From Eledone cirrhosa (taxonomy: Eukaryota): a DNA stretch of 64,000 nucleotides. The stretch covers positions 237,212,001 through 237,276,000 of the forward strand of contig OZ024743.1 of NCBI GenBank assembly GCA_964016885.1. Direction: 5' to 3'. The position numbers and the translations under genes are program-made. This document shows, piece by piece, positions 40,833 to 53,819 of this stretch (position 1 is the stretch's first letter; the number at the start of each line of letters is the position of its first letter). The notes beneath the pieces are model-generated. The model searched no databases. It had not been told where the DNA came from and saw only the letters and a list, made by a program, of their open reading frames with translations.

Positions 40833-42119
40833 GCTGCAGCATGGCCCTCAACCAGTGGTCTGGAACAGGATATATATGCATTGATATATACGTGTGTATG
40901 TATTTAAGAAATCTCGCACTAAGCCTGTTCTTGTTTCGTTTTTTATTTTAATATATGACAAAGCCTGATATATATTGTTTCTAATTAATTCTTATTCGGT
41001 AGATAATACGTAAATTAGGCTGATTCTCTTTTATTACGATATTAACATGAAGGCTGGTTTGTTTCTATAGGGAAGAAAGACTGAACGTGGTTGGGGAGGA
41101 GGAGGCGTGGGATGGAAAATTACAGGAAAAAAAGAGATTTAAAAAGCTGGATCTGTCTATGTAAGTATATGTTGGACACACACATTATACATATAACACT
41201 GACAACACAAAGGATGGAGGGGATGGACAGATAGATAGAGGTGGCTAGATAAATGGATAGATGGAGAGATAGATAGATAGATAGATAAATAGACAGATAG
41301 ATTGAAAAATAGATACAGGGGTAGATAGATAGACAAAGGAATAAGGAAGGCTAAGATGTAAGAGATGGGGGTGGAAGACGAGTATTTTTCATACGATACA
41401 AGATTTAGGTCAGAGGTGGCCTGACATTGGCAGCAAGCACAGTGTGGGTACATTTTAAAGGTAAGTGCAAACCGTATTTTATTACAAAAAATACTATCTA
41501 CATTTAGCACATCATGTCAAATATATATTATGTTATATTTTGGTATGTATTTTAAGAAATCAGACACTATATCTAATATATGGATAAATAACATAATGCA
41601 AGTGTGTGTCTGTATTTTATTAGACCAACATGTATATAATATTAATGTAATGGCCAGCAGTACTGTGCTTTTTTTCTGTCGTTGCCTTCGTTGTTAAATG
41701 GCTTCAGTGATACATTCAGCTGAGCAGCAAGCTGGACTTCGACCTTCACATCATCGAACAGGTCCGTATTGATTGAATCTAAGCTTGGCTTCGTATCACA
41801 TCAAGCCCAGAAATTAATGACTCCTGGACTCGTTTTCATTTTACTTTCACACACTTCTTTAACTCCTCCTCATCCTTTCACACACCCACTTCTTTACCTC
41901 CTCCTCTCACACGCTCACTTCTGTACCTCCTCCCCACACTCACTGTTTCACCTCCTCGCACATACTCACCTTTCTCCCTCTCTCTACATCTATCTATATC
42001 TCTCCAATACCTCTCTCTATGTTTCTTTGTCTCTCCCCTTCTCATCGCCTTTTTATTTATTTCTGATGTCTTCTTCACCTCTTTTTATCTCTCTCCTCCT
42101 CTCTTTATATACACAGCCT

Positions 42120-42530
42120 TGCCATTCTCTTCTCACGCTCTCTCTCTATATATATATATCGTTCTTACTCTCTCTCTCTATATATCTATCTATTGTTCTC
42201 ACTCTCTCTCTATATCTATCTATTGTTCTCACTCTCTGTCTCTATATCTATCTATCGTTCTCACTCTCTCTATATGTATATATCTATCGTTCTTACACTC
42301 TCTCTATATATCTATCTATCGTTCTCACTCTCTATATATATATATATATCTATCGTTCTTACTTTCTCTATATATATATCTATCGTTCTCACTCTCTCTC
42401 TATATATATATCTATCGTTCTTACTCTCTCTCTCTCTATATATATATCGTTCTCACTCTCTCTATATATATATATCTATCGTTCTCACTCTCTCTCTCTA
42501 TATATATATATATCTATCGTTCTTACTTTC
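42120..42530. repeat. Compound (CT)n(AT)n-CGTTCT minisatellite
   Basis: Direct reading. Confidence 0.88.
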
Positions 42531-42659
42531 TCCCTCACTCTCTACTCTCTCACCTCTAAAGGTCTACTTGAAGCTCTCTAAAACATGGAATTATTAAATT
42601 ATTAGGTGAAAACCGATGAACGAACTCGTCCAATTACCGACAAAATAATTAGTTATTTT

Positions 42660-42911
42660 TGTGGGGCTGCCGCGAGATAGAGGGGGATGTAGAGCTGCCG
42701 TGGGAGGAGGATTGCCGGAAGTTGGGGAACGCCTGACCGGAAGCAGGAGGAGTGGGGCCACTCGAAAGACAAGGCGGTCACAGAGGCCGCTTAGCTATAC
42801 GCCCTGCGAGGTGACGGACGTGTGAAGACAGACGCAAGCGGAAAGTACCTCCAGGTGGACCAGAGAGCTGCAAGGTAAGTTCGAATGCCTCCGACTACAA
42901 GCTATTTCGGC
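42660..42911 (+). mobile_element. Second Gypsy-type LTR (start 42660 or 42688, end 42899) plus PBS-like 12-mer
   Basis: TGT(G/A)G..ACTACA ends, GGTAAGT about 20 nt before the end, followed by AGCTATTTCGGC as at 19359-19370. Confidence 0.65.
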
Positions 42912-43335
42912 CTAACATTGTTCTTCGTGGGCTGCACCACTGCCATCAGCGACAGCACTCCACACTTCACCTCCTCCTTCCAAGGAATCAGTATACCCTC
43001 CTTGATCCATCTCTGTACCTCTCCCTCAAACTCGCTTCTGGCATTTACTTTCAGGGTATGCTGATAGCAGCACACTCTGTTCTTCAGTGTTGGTGGATCT
43101 CCCTTCCAGTCCCGCTCAACTACCCATCGAACACCGCCCTAAAATCCTTGTCCTATATGTTATTTTCTTCATGGATCGCCCTGTTCTCGTGGGTCTCACA
43201 GCACATGATGTCAACTCGCTACCAGACGTCACCCCGACTTCACTCACTGTAACACATAAAAGGGAGCCAATCGTGTCCATGCCCATTGCTACATCGATTC
43301 CGTCCACCACCTGGTCAATCACGATCGCCTAATTT
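42908..43335 (-). pseudogene. Gypsy pol fragment (protease end to RT start), inverted relative to the LTR
   Basis: Minus strand: VVDGIDVAMGMDTI..DKDFRAVFDG..WKGDPPTLKNRV..FEGEVQRWIKEGILIPW..LMAVVQPTKNNVRP. Confidence 0.72.
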
Positions 43336-43474
43336 TTTTTCCACGTACCACCATCGACACCTCGCTGGTACCTCTGCATCTAATCTCCCTGCTATCGACT
43401 GCCCTTATACTGCTCATCCCGCTCCACTTTTTAACCACCTAAAATACTTAATAAGCTGTTTGATATATCATCTA

Positions 43475-46400
43475 CATTTCACATCTGGCCAGGGCCTATT
43501 ACCTGCTTTGGAGGCCAACATTTCACATCTGCCCTGAGCCTATTACCTGCTTTGGGGGCCAACATATCACATCTGGCCAGAGCCTATTACCTGCTTTGGA
43601 GGCCAACATATCACATCTAGCCTGGGCTTGTTACCTGCTTAGGAGGCCAATATTTCATATCTGGCCTGGGCCTGTTACCTGCTTTGGAGCCCAACATTTC
43701 ACATCTGGCCAGAGCCTGTTACCTGCTTTGGAGGCCAACATTTCACATCTGGCCAGGGCCTGTTACCAGCTTTGGAGGCCAACTTTCACATCTAGCCTGG
43801 GCCTGTTACCTGCTTTAGAGGCCAACATTTCACATCTGGCAAGAACCTGTTACCTGCTATGGAGGCCAACATTTCACATCTGGCAAGAGCCTGTTACCTG
43901 CTATGGAGGCCAACATTTCACATCTGGCCTCAGCCTGTTACCTGCTTTGGAGGCCAACATATCACATCTGGCCTGGGCTTGTTAGCTGCTTAGGAGGCCA
44001 ATATTTCATATCTGGCCTGGGCCTGTTACCTGCTTTGGAGGCCAACATTTCACATCTGGCAAGAGCCTGTTACCTGCTATGGAGGCCAACATTTCACATC
44101 TGGCAAGAGCCTGTTAACTGCTGTGGAGGCCAACATTTCACATCTCGTCTCAGCCTTTTACCTGCTTTGGAGGCCAACATTTCACATCTGGCCTGGGCTT
44201 GTTACCTGCTTAAGAGGCCAATATTTCATATCTGGCCTGGTCCTGTTACCTGCTTTGGAGGCCAACATTTCACATCTGGCCAGAGCCTGTTACCTGCTTT
44301 GGAGGCCAACATTTCACAGCTGGCCTGGGCCTGCTACCTGCTTTGGAGGCCAACATTTCACAGCTGGTCTGAGCCTCTTACCTGCTTTGGAGCCCAACAT
44401 TTCACATCTGGCCTGGGCCTATTACGTACTTGGGAGGCCAACATTTCACATCTGGCCTGGGCCTTTACCTGCTTTGGAGGCCAACATTTCACATCTGGCC
44501 AGGGCCTCTTACCTGCTTTGGAGGCCAACATTTCACACTGGCCAGAACCTGTTACCTGCTATGGAGGCCAACAACTCACATCTAGCCTGGGCCTGTTATT
44601 TGCTTTGGAGACCAACATTTCACATCTGGCCAGAGCTTATAACCTATTTTGGAGGCCAACATTTCAAATCTGGCCAGGGCCTGTTACCTGCTTTGGAGGG
44701 CAACATTTCACACCTGGCCAGGGCCTGTTACCTGCTTTGCTGGCCAAAATTTCACATCTGGCCAGAGCCTGTTACCTGCTATGGAGGCCAACATTTCGCA
44801 TCTGGCCTGGGCCTATTACCTGCTTTGGAGGCCAACATTTCACATCTGGCCTGGGCTTGTTACCTGCTTTGGAGGCCAACATTTCACATCTGGCCTGCGC
44901 CTGCTACCTGCTTTGGAGGCCAACATTTCACATCTGGCCTGAGCCTGTTACTTGCTTTGGAGGCCAACATTTCACATCTGGCCTGGGCCTGTTACCTGCT
45001 TGGGAGGCCAACATTTCACATCTGGCCTGGGCTTGTTACCTGCTTTGGAGGGCAACATTTCACCTCTGGCCTGGGCCTGCTACCTGCTTTGGAGGCCAAC
45101 ATTTCACATCAGGCATGGGCCTGTTACCTGCTTTGGAGGCCAACATTTCACATCTGGCCTGGGCCTGTCTCCTGCTTTGGATGCCAAGAATTCACATCTG
45201 GCCAGAGCCTGTTACCTGCTATGGAGGCCAACATGTCACATCTGTCCTGGGCCTATTACCTGCTTTGGAGGCCAACATTTCACATCTGGCCAGATCCTGT
45301 TACCTTATTTGGAGGCCAACATTTCACATCTGGCCTGGGCCTGTTACCTGCTTTGGAGGCCAACATTTCACGTCTGGCCTGGGCCTGTTACCTGCTTTGG
45401 AGGCCAACATTTCATATCTGGCCAGAGCCTGTTACCTGCTATGGAGGCCAACATTTCACATCTTTTTCTGGGCCTATTACCCGCTTTGGAGGCCAACATT
45501 TCACATCTGGCCTGGGCTTATTACCTGCTTTGGAGGCCAACATTTCACATCTGGCCAGAGCCTGTTACTTGCTTTTGAGGCCAACATTTCACATCTGGCC
45601 TGGGCTTGTTACCTGCTTTGGAGGCCAACATTTCACATCTGGCCTGGGCTTGTTACCTGCTTTGGAGGCCAACATTTCACATCTGGCCTGAGCCTGTTAC
45701 CTGCTTTGGAGGCCAACATTTCACATCTGGCCTGGGCTTGTTACCTGCTTTGGAGGCCAACATTTCACATCTGGCCAGAGCCTGTTACCTGCTATAGAGG
45801 CCAACATTTCACATCTATCCTGGGCCTATTACCTGCTTTGGAGGCCAACATTTCACATCTGGCCTGGGCTTGTTACCTGCTAAGGAGGCCAACATTTCAC
45901 ATCTGGCCTGGGCCTGTTACCTGCTTTGGAGGGCAACATTTCACATCTGTCCTGGGCCTATTACCCGCTTTGGAGGCCAACATTTCACATCTGGCCTGGG
46001 CTTATTACCTGCTTTGGAGGCCAACATTTCACATTTGGCCAGAGCCTGTTACCTGCTTTTTAGGCCAACATTTCACATTTGGCCAGATCCTGTTACCTGC
46101 TTTGGAGGCCAACATTTTACATCTAGCCAGAGCCTGTTACCTTCTTTGGAGGCCAACATTTCACATTTGGCCTGGGCTTGTTACCTGCTTTGGAGGGCAA
46201 CATTTCACATCTGGCCTGGGCCTGCTACCTGCTTTGGAGGCCAACATTTCACATCTGGCCTGAGCCTGTTACCTGCTTTGGAGGCCAACATTTCACATCT
46301 GGCCTGGGCCTGTTTCCTGCTTTGGAGGCCAACACTTCACATCTGGCCAGAGCCTGTTACCTGCTATGGAGGCCAACATGTCACATCTGGCCAGAACCTG

Positions 46401-49400
46401 TTACCTGCTTTGTAGGCCAACATTTCACATCTGACCAGATCCTGTTACCTGCTTTGAAGACCAACATTTCACATCTGACCAGAGCCTGTTACCTGCTTTG
46501 GAGGCCAACATTTCACATCTGGCCTGGGCTTGTTACCTGCTCTGGAGGCCAACATTTCACATCTGGCCTGGGCCTGTTACCTGCTTTGGAGGGCAACATT
46601 TCACATCTGTCCTGGGCCTATTACCCGCTTTGGAGGCCAACATTTCACATCTGGCCTGGGCTTATTACCTGCTTTGGAGGCCAACATTTCACATTTGGCC
46701 AGAGCCTGTTACCTGCTTTTTAGGCCAACATTTCACATCTGGCCAGATCCTGTTACCTGCTTTAGAGGCCAACATTTCACATCTAGCCAGAGCCTGTTAC
46801 CTGCTTTGGAGGCCAACATTTCACATCTGGCCTGGGCTTGTTACCTGCTTTGGAGGGCAACATTTCACATCTGGCCTGGGCCTGCTACCTGCTTTGGAGG
46901 CCAACATTTCACATCTGGCCTGAGCCTGTTACCTGCTTTGGAGGCCAACATTTCACATCTGGCCTGGGCCTGTTTCCTGCTTTGGAGGCCAACATTTCAC
47001 ATCTGGCCAGAGCCTGTTACCTGCTATGGAGGCCAACATGTCACATCTGTCTTGGGCCTATTACCTGCTTTGGAGGCCAACATTTCACATCTGGCCAGAT
47101 CCTGTTACCTTATTTGGAGGCCAACATGTTACATCTGGCCTGGGCCTGTTACCTGCTTTGGAGGCCAACATTTCACATCTGACCAGAGCCTGTTATCTGC
47201 TTTGGAGGCCAACATTTCACATCTGGCCTGGGCTTGTTACCTGCTTTGGAGGCCAACATTTCACACTGGCCTGAGCCTGTTACCTGCTTTGGAGGGCAAC
47301 ATTTCACATCTGTCCTGGGCCTATTACCCGCTTTGGAGGCCAACATTTCACATCTGGCCTGGGCTTATTACCTGCTTTGGAGGCCAACATTTCACATCAG
47401 GCCAGAGCCTGTTACCTGCTTTGTAGGCCAACATTTCACATCTGGCCAGATCCTGTTACCTGCTTTGGAGGCCAACATTTCACATCTGGCCAGAGCCTGT
47501 TACCTGCTTTGGAGGCCAACATTTCACATCTGGCCTGGGCTTGTTACCTGCTTTGGAGGCCAACATTTCACATCTGGCCTGGGCCTGCTACCTGCTTTGG
47601 AGGCCAACATTTCACATCTGGCCTGAGCCTGTTACCTGCTTTGGAGGCCAACATTTCACATCTGGCCTGGCTCTGTTTCCTGCTTTGGAGGCCAACATTT
47701 CACATCTGGCCAGAGCCTGTTACCTGCTTTGGAGGCCAACATTTCACATCTGTCCTGGGCCTATTACCTGCTTTGGAGGCCAACATTTCACATCTGGCCT
47801 GGTCTTATTACCTGCTTTGGTGGCCAACATTTCACATCTGTCCTGAGCCTGTTACCTGCTTTGTAGGCCAACATTTCACATCTGGCCAGATCCTGTTACC
47901 TGATTTGGAGGCCAACGTTTCACATCTGTCCTGGGCCTATTACCTGCTTTGGAGGCCAACATTTCAGATCTGGCCTGGGTTTGTTAACTTCTTTGGAGGC
48001 CAACATTTCACATCTGGCCTGGGCCTGTTACCTGCTTTGGAGGGCAACATTTCACATCTGTCCTGGGCCTATTACCCGCTTTGGAGGCCAACATTTCACA
48101 TCTGGCCTGGGCTTATTACCTGCTTTGGAGGCCAACATTTCACATCAGGCCAGAGCCTGTTACCTGCTTTGTAGGCCAACATTTCCCATCTGGCCAGATC
48201 CTGTTACCTGCTTTGGAGGCCAACATTTCCCATCTGGCCAGATCCTGTTACCTGCTTTGGAGGCCAACATTTCCCATCTGGCCAGAACCTGTTACCTGCT
48301 TTGTAGACCAACATTTCCCATCTGGCCAGATCCTGTTACCTGCTTTGGAGGCCAACATTTCACATCTGGCCAGAGCCTGTTACCTGCTTTGGAGGCCAAC
48401 ATTTCACATCTGGCCTGGGCTTGTTACCTGTTTTGGAGGCCAACATTTCGCATCTGGCCAGGGCCTGTTACCTGCTTTGGAGGCCAACATTTCACATCTG
48501 GCCTGGGCCTGTTTCCTGCTTTGGAGGCCAACATTTCACATCTGGCCAGAGCCTGTTACCTGCTTTGGAGGCCAACATTTCACATCTGGCCTGAGCCTGT
48601 TACCTGCTTTGGAGGCCAACATTTCACATCTGGCCTGGGCCTGTTTCCTGCTTTGGAGGCCAACATTTCACATCTGGCCAGAGCCTGTTACCAGCTTTGG
48701 AGGCCAACATATCACATCTGTCCTGGGCCTATTACCTGCTTTGGAGGCCAACATTTCACATCTGGCCTGGTCTTATTACCTGCTTTAGTGGCCAACATTT
48801 CACATCTGTCCTGAGCCTGTTACCTGCTTTGTAGGCCAACATTTCACATCTGGCCAGATCCCGTTACCTGATTTGGAGGCCAAGGTTTCACATCTGTCCT
48901 GGGCCTATTACCTGCTTTGGAGGCCAACATTTCACATCTGGCCAGGGCCTGTTACTTGCTTTGGAGGCCAACATTTCACATCTGGCCTGGGCCTGTTTCC
49001 TGCTTTGGAGGCCAACATTTCACATATGGCCAGAGCCTGTTACCTGCTTTGGAGACCAACATTTCACATCTGGCCTGAGCCTGTTACCTGCTTTGGAGGC
49101 CAACATTTCACATCTGGCCTGGGCCTGTTTCCTGCTTTGGAGGCCAACATTTCACATCTGGCCAGAGCCTGTTACCTGCTTTGGAGGCCAACATGTCACA
49201 TCTGTCCTGGGCCTATTACCTGCTTTGGAGTCCAACATTTCACACTGGCCAGAGCCTGTTACCTGCTATGGAGGCCAACATTTCACATCTGGTCAGAGCC
49301 TATTACCTGCTTTGGAGGCTAACATTTTACATCTGGCCAGGGCCTGTTACCTGTTTTGGAGGCCAATATTTCACATCTGGCCAGAGCCGATTACCTGCTT

Positions 49401-49615
49401 TGGAGGCCAACATTTCACTTCTGGTCTGGGCCTGTTACCTGCTTTGGAGGCCAACATTTCACTTCTGGTCTGGGCCTGTTACCTGCATTGGAGGCCAACA
49501 TTTCACATCTGGCCAGAGCTTGTTACCTGCTATGGAGGCCAACATTTCACTTCTGGCCTGCTTGGAGTTAGGGAAAGGCTAATATTTTACATCTGACCTG
49601 GGCTTATTACCAGCT
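43475..49615. repeat. 44-bp minisatellite, ~140 units (~6.1 kb)
   Basis: Unit GGAGGCCAACATTTCACATCTGGCCTGGGCCTGTTACCTGCTTT; includes a 660-bp (15-unit) higher-order duplication. Confidence 0.97.
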
Positions 49616-49731
49616 TGTAACACTACTTATAATTTTGAAATTGGCCTGGTTTCTATGGTAGAATATGCTACCTAACACCAAAAACATATTAAAAAACAAT
49701 TAACATTATACAGAACAACAAATTAACAGTA

Positions 49732-49752
49732 TTTTCTCTTTTCTAATTTCAG
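49732..49752 (+). promoter_or_regulatory. Splice acceptor upstream of the ZNF ORF
   Basis: TTTTCTCTTTTCTAATTTCAG, 30 nt before the ATG. Confidence 0.6.
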
Positions 49753-49782
49753 ATGTCACTTTGTTAGCTTTGGCAATTTAAG

Positions 49783-52470
49783 ATGGCAAATCGATTTGAT
49801 GACCGGAATGGTTTTATATATATTTCTTCCTCAGATGATACAATTTATCCAGTTCAGTTGATTCCAAATTTAGCTGCTGAGGGAACTGAAGGGGATTCTG
49901 CAGACAATATCTTCAACAAAACACCAAAACTAGAATGGACAAATTCCCCACCAGAGATTCCTGACAATAATAAAGACCCTTACCAAACAAACACCTCTAA
50001 GACATCTTACCAACATAATTCTGAAGAACAGTACTACAATTTTGAAACACCAAAGGAGGAAATATTTAATGTCCAAGAAATGGATTGCAGCATTGTCTTA
50101 GATGAACAACATAATGACAATACCTTAAAGACTCCTGAAACAGCGATGTGTATACCAAAGGTCCTGAATTGCTCAAGGTGTGTGTATCAAACAACAGACA
50201 AAAGCAATTTGAATAATCACATGAGGAAACATAATTCAACATTTGTTTGCAAGATTTGCAAGACTTCTTTTTCAGTTATTACATCCCTAATTGATCATTT
50301 CAATAAACAGCATCCCCAAGATGGGGATGACCCTTCTGATTTACAACATTACTGTCCTATGTGTCCATTTTTAAGTATAGAGAAACTAGAGTATGATAAA
50401 CACATCACCCGACATGAAACGGCAGCTCATACCTGTAATATATGTGGTCAGCCTTTTGCTAAACAAGTTTCCATGAAATGGCACGTGAAATACAAACATG
50501 GAATCGAACACCCTGACGATCAGCAATGTAACAACATCTCAGAAAATTCTTCAACCTCAATCACAGAACACAATAACACAATTCTGGCAAATACAGAAAA
50601 AGATTCAGAAAATTTAGAATTTCCGAACCCAAGCACTGATATTGAGACCGATACGAAACCTTTCTTGAAACGGTTCCTGTGTTTGTATTGTCCAAAGAAC
50701 TTCAGTAATAAACTATACCTGAAATATCACTGTTGGCGGAACCATAAAGATAAATTATATAAAAGTCAGTGGAAAGAAGTTCAAGATTTATTCCAGCAAA
50801 ACTGGAATGAACCAGAATCTCTAGTCAGTATCAAAAGCCTTAGTTCTAAAAATAACCGTTTCCAGTGTCCAATGTGTTCATTTGGTTCATCATACAAGAG
50901 TACTGTTGATCGGCATATAAAGAAGCACAATGAAGCGAAATATTCTTGCAATATATGTGGGATGCCATTTACTGTGATGGGTAATTTACACCATCATAAG
51001 AAGGTTAACCATCCCGAAATATTAATTATGAACTCACTGCCAAACAAACGCCACAAGTGTGCACTTTGCATCTATAGCACCGGCTATAAATCTACACTGG
51101 AACGCCATCTTAGAACACATGGAATTGCCAAGTACCACTGTGAGTTGTGTACCATGCCGTTTGTCTTCTCAGGAAGTTTTATGACTCATAGAAAGTTAAA
51201 ACATAAAATATATACAAAAGACTTTGAAGAAACCATTTTCACAGACAAAATAACTGATGCCAGCAGTTTATCAGCCAGCAGCGGCAAGTTCATTAAGAGA
51301 AGGAAATGTCCATATTGCAATGCTCTGATGCCAAGTGCAAGTAAACTTAACCGACATTTGCGCACCCACAGAAATGCTGGTTATTACTGTGTTTGCTGTA
51401 GCATATTTTATACTTTAAGAACAGAATTTGAGAACCACATGAAGGTACATTTACTAGCAAAGGGCTTTAACGATGTCCAATGTCTTGGGATTACTAAAGG
51501 TAAAGAATTAGCTAATGGAACCAATGAAGACGATGGGAGTAGTTCAGTTAAGAACCATATTCTTGTTAATAATGAGCAGTCAGAAGTAAGAGAGTCAACA
51601 CTTGCCAGTGGAATGAGTTCAATGAGTAATGTCTCAGAACTAAATAATGTAGAAAAAAATTGTGACATATACAACACTTCTACCAGTGTTAATGATAGAA
51701 ACCACTTAACTCTTGCTAAGGATGTAGTGAAGATAGATTTAACAGAACCTTTACCAACATCTAATGTACTTCTCGAACAACACATTCTTCACAATGATTC
51801 ACAATCTTATACTGAATCTTATCAGAATTCCATAAGTCTTAGTTCTGCAAAGAAGTTGATGCTTTCATCCCCAAACCAAGAAAGAACTCATCCTTTTGAT
51901 AAATCTACATCTGAAGACACCTTTCATCTTACTCCAACTTCCAGAAATTCTTTGGTAAACTCTCAAAACAATTTTTCTATTGATAGACAATCCTACATGC
52001 CCAATATTTCACATGAACAGTATTTTGAAGCCGACAAACCTGATTACCGATTGAATTCTGATGAAGTTTTATTCAACAACAGAAAAATGTTTCTTCATTC
52101 CCAAGAACAAATTGACATGAACAAACCAAGTAATATTTACAGTGAAAACAATAATGATATGTGTGCTTGTAAACTAACTCAGCCAATCCATGGAGATGTA
52201 CTCATTAATCCGCCATTTAAAGGGCGATATGCAAAGCTGGTTTCAGATTTTGATGACTTTGCTTCCCGCCCATTTGCTTGTTCCCTCTGTTTTTATCGTT
52301 GCAGTATTCTCAAAGACTTATTTGAGCATGTCCAGAACCATTTAACTGGCTGTACTGCTGTTCCAGTGCCAAACACTGCCAAGTTCAATACAGAAACTTT
52401 TACTCAAGGAATAAATATAGACCAAAGCAATTCAATTCCCAATAATTCTTTAAACATTAGTTATATTTAG
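49783..52470 (+). CDS. C2H2 zinc-finger protein, 895 aa, 12 fingers, single coding exon
   Basis: CX2C..HX3-4H x12 (e.g. CSRC..HMRKH, CPMC..HIKKH, CALC..HLRTH, CSLC..HVQNH); long intact non-repetitive ORF; AATAAA at 52485. Confidence 0.92.
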   Translation: MANRFDDRNGFIYISSSDDTIYPVQLIPNLAAEGTEGDSADNIFNKTPKLEWTNSPPEIPDNNKDPYQTNTSKTSYQHNSEEQYYNFETPKEEIFNVQEMDCSIVLDEQHNDNTLKTPETAMCIPKVLNCSRCVYQTTDKSNLNNHMRKHNSTFVCKICKTSFSVITSLIDHFNKQHPQDGDDPSDLQHYCPMCPFLSIEKLEYDKHITRHETAAHTCNICGQPFAKQVSMKWHVKYKHGIEHPDDQQCNNISENSSTSITEHNNTILANTEKDSENLEFPNPSTDIETDTKPFLKRFLCLYCPKNFSNKLYLKYHCWRNHKDKLYKSQWKEVQDLFQQNWNEPESLVSIKSLSSKNNRFQCPMCSFGSSYKSTVDRHIKKHNEAKYSCNICGMPFTVMGNLHHHKKVNHPEILIMNSLPNKRHKCALCIYSTGYKSTLERHLRTHGIAKYHCELCTMPFVFSGSFMTHRKLKHKIYTKDFEETIFTDKITDASSLSASSGKFIKRRKCPYCNALMPSASKLNRHLRTHRNAGYYCVCCSIFYTLRTEFENHMKVHLLAKGFNDVQCLGITKGKELANGTNEDDGSSSVKNHILVNNEQSEVRESTLASGMSSMSNVSELNNVEKNCDIYNTSTSVNDRNHLTLAKDVVKIDLTEPLPTSNVLLEQHILHNDSQSYTESYQNSISLSSAKKLMLSSPNQERTHPFDKSTSEDTFHLTPTSRNSLVNSQNNFSIDRQSYMPNISHEQYFEADKPDYRLNSDEVLFNNRKMFLHSQEQIDMNKPSNIYSENNNDMCACKLTQPIHGDVLINPPFKGRYAKLVSDFDDFASRPFACSLCFYRCSILKDLFEHVQNHLTGCTAVPVPNTAKFNTETFTQGINIDQSNSIPNNSLNISYI

Positions 52471-52581
52471 CAAATATGTTTTTTAATAAACAAAAGACTG
52501 TATTTTTATTTCCTTCTTAGAAATATTAAAAAAATGAAACAGTAAAAATTAAAAAAATTCTTCATTTTTTTATTTTCTTAA

Positions 52582-52802
52582 CCCTTTAGTATTTACATTA
52601 CTCAATATATGCTATTGTATTTTTGTGGTAAAGGCTTTATCTTACATAATTATCTCACATAATATTGAATCTACGAGATTTTGATATTATTTATTTTGAA
52701 AACAATACCATAACATAAGTATGAGTGACCAGTTACAACTAGTTTGAACAGAAAGAGGTAAGAGAATTCTGGCCAGATATGGCTGGTTTAAATGCTAAAG
52801 TG
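52582..52802. mobile_element. piggyBac-type MITE copy
   Basis: TTAA flanks; homologous to 37311-37527. Confidence 0.75.
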
Positions 52803-52869
52803 TTAAAAGAGGGAATTGTAAATTTTATAGTGAAACCTTGCAATTGGAGTGTTGGGTTTGTGATCATAT

Positions 52870-53095
52870 AGTTGTGGTGGTGTGGTGTCTTGTGGTGTTG
52901 GTGTGTTGTAGTGTGATGTGTTGTGTTGGTGTGGTGTGGTGTGGTGTGTTGTGTGTTGTGGTGTGGTGTGATATGTATTGTGTTGGGTGTGGTGTGGTGT
53001 AGTGTTGTGTGGTGGAGTGTCGTGTTGTGTGGTGTCTTGTGTTGTGGGTGATGTGGTGTCTTGTGTTGTGTGGTGTGGTGTGTTGTGTTGCGGTG
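52870..53095. repeat. (GTGTG/GTGTT)n satellite
   Basis: Direct reading. Confidence 0.9.
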
Positions 53096-53819
53096 TATAC
53101 AAGAGAAAAAAAGGTTAATGGACAACAAAAGAAGCATAAATAAGTTGGATGTGATACCTTGCAGTGTCTGCTACCACTTTGTATGTTCTAAGTTGAAATC
53201 CCACCATATTCTGCCAGGAATAGCAGCAATGGAAATATTGGTTCTTTGGTCCAATCTGAGAATAGGTTCTATTTTTCTCGTTAGTATAAGTCAGTTTATA
53301 TTTGGTATGACTGTCCCAGATGGGTCACAGGATGATGTCTCACACTTCCCATTTCTGATATAATTTCTATGACAGGATGTCCTTCCAGTACTAAGACTAT
53401 TGGGTAGGCTTAAGACTGGATGGTCACAAGTGGAACACCTTTAATTATAACTCTGGTCTTCTCAATCAGAACTGACTGGACGTAGAATAAGTAGGTGTAA
53501 CAGTTGTGGCTGCAACACCTTAAATCGTAGATCTGCTGGCACAAAAAAATACACCTAGTACACTCTGTAAAGTGGTTGCTAATTGAACAGAGACAACACA
53601 CAGCTATTAATTCTTTATGAGAGAGATTTAAATAGTTACAAATGTTCAGTAACACATAGGTATGTTTAACTAACAACATATTTGCCAGGTAAAACTAAAC
53701 TATGGTTAGTAAGGTTTGGAGGGTAAATTATGATACTAACAACAATAGGGATACTAAAGGATGTGATCTCTTCCCTGAGATTACTATATCAATGTTTTGT
53801 ATCTTCCATATGCACACAA

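Noticed and set aside
41699-41761. Upstream coding exon for the ZNF (MASVIHSAEQ..)
   Set aside because: Weak donor (GTCCGT), and splicing to 49753 hits a stop before the ZNF ATG.
43596-49596. Long ORFs (up to 786 aa) of repeated LEANISHLAWACYLLWRPTFHIW
   Set aside because: Translation of a 44-bp unit that is open in all three frames; scattered stops and indels show no frame preservation.
43475-49615. CRISPR-like regular repeats
   Set aside because: No unique spacers, no cas genes, eukaryotic context.
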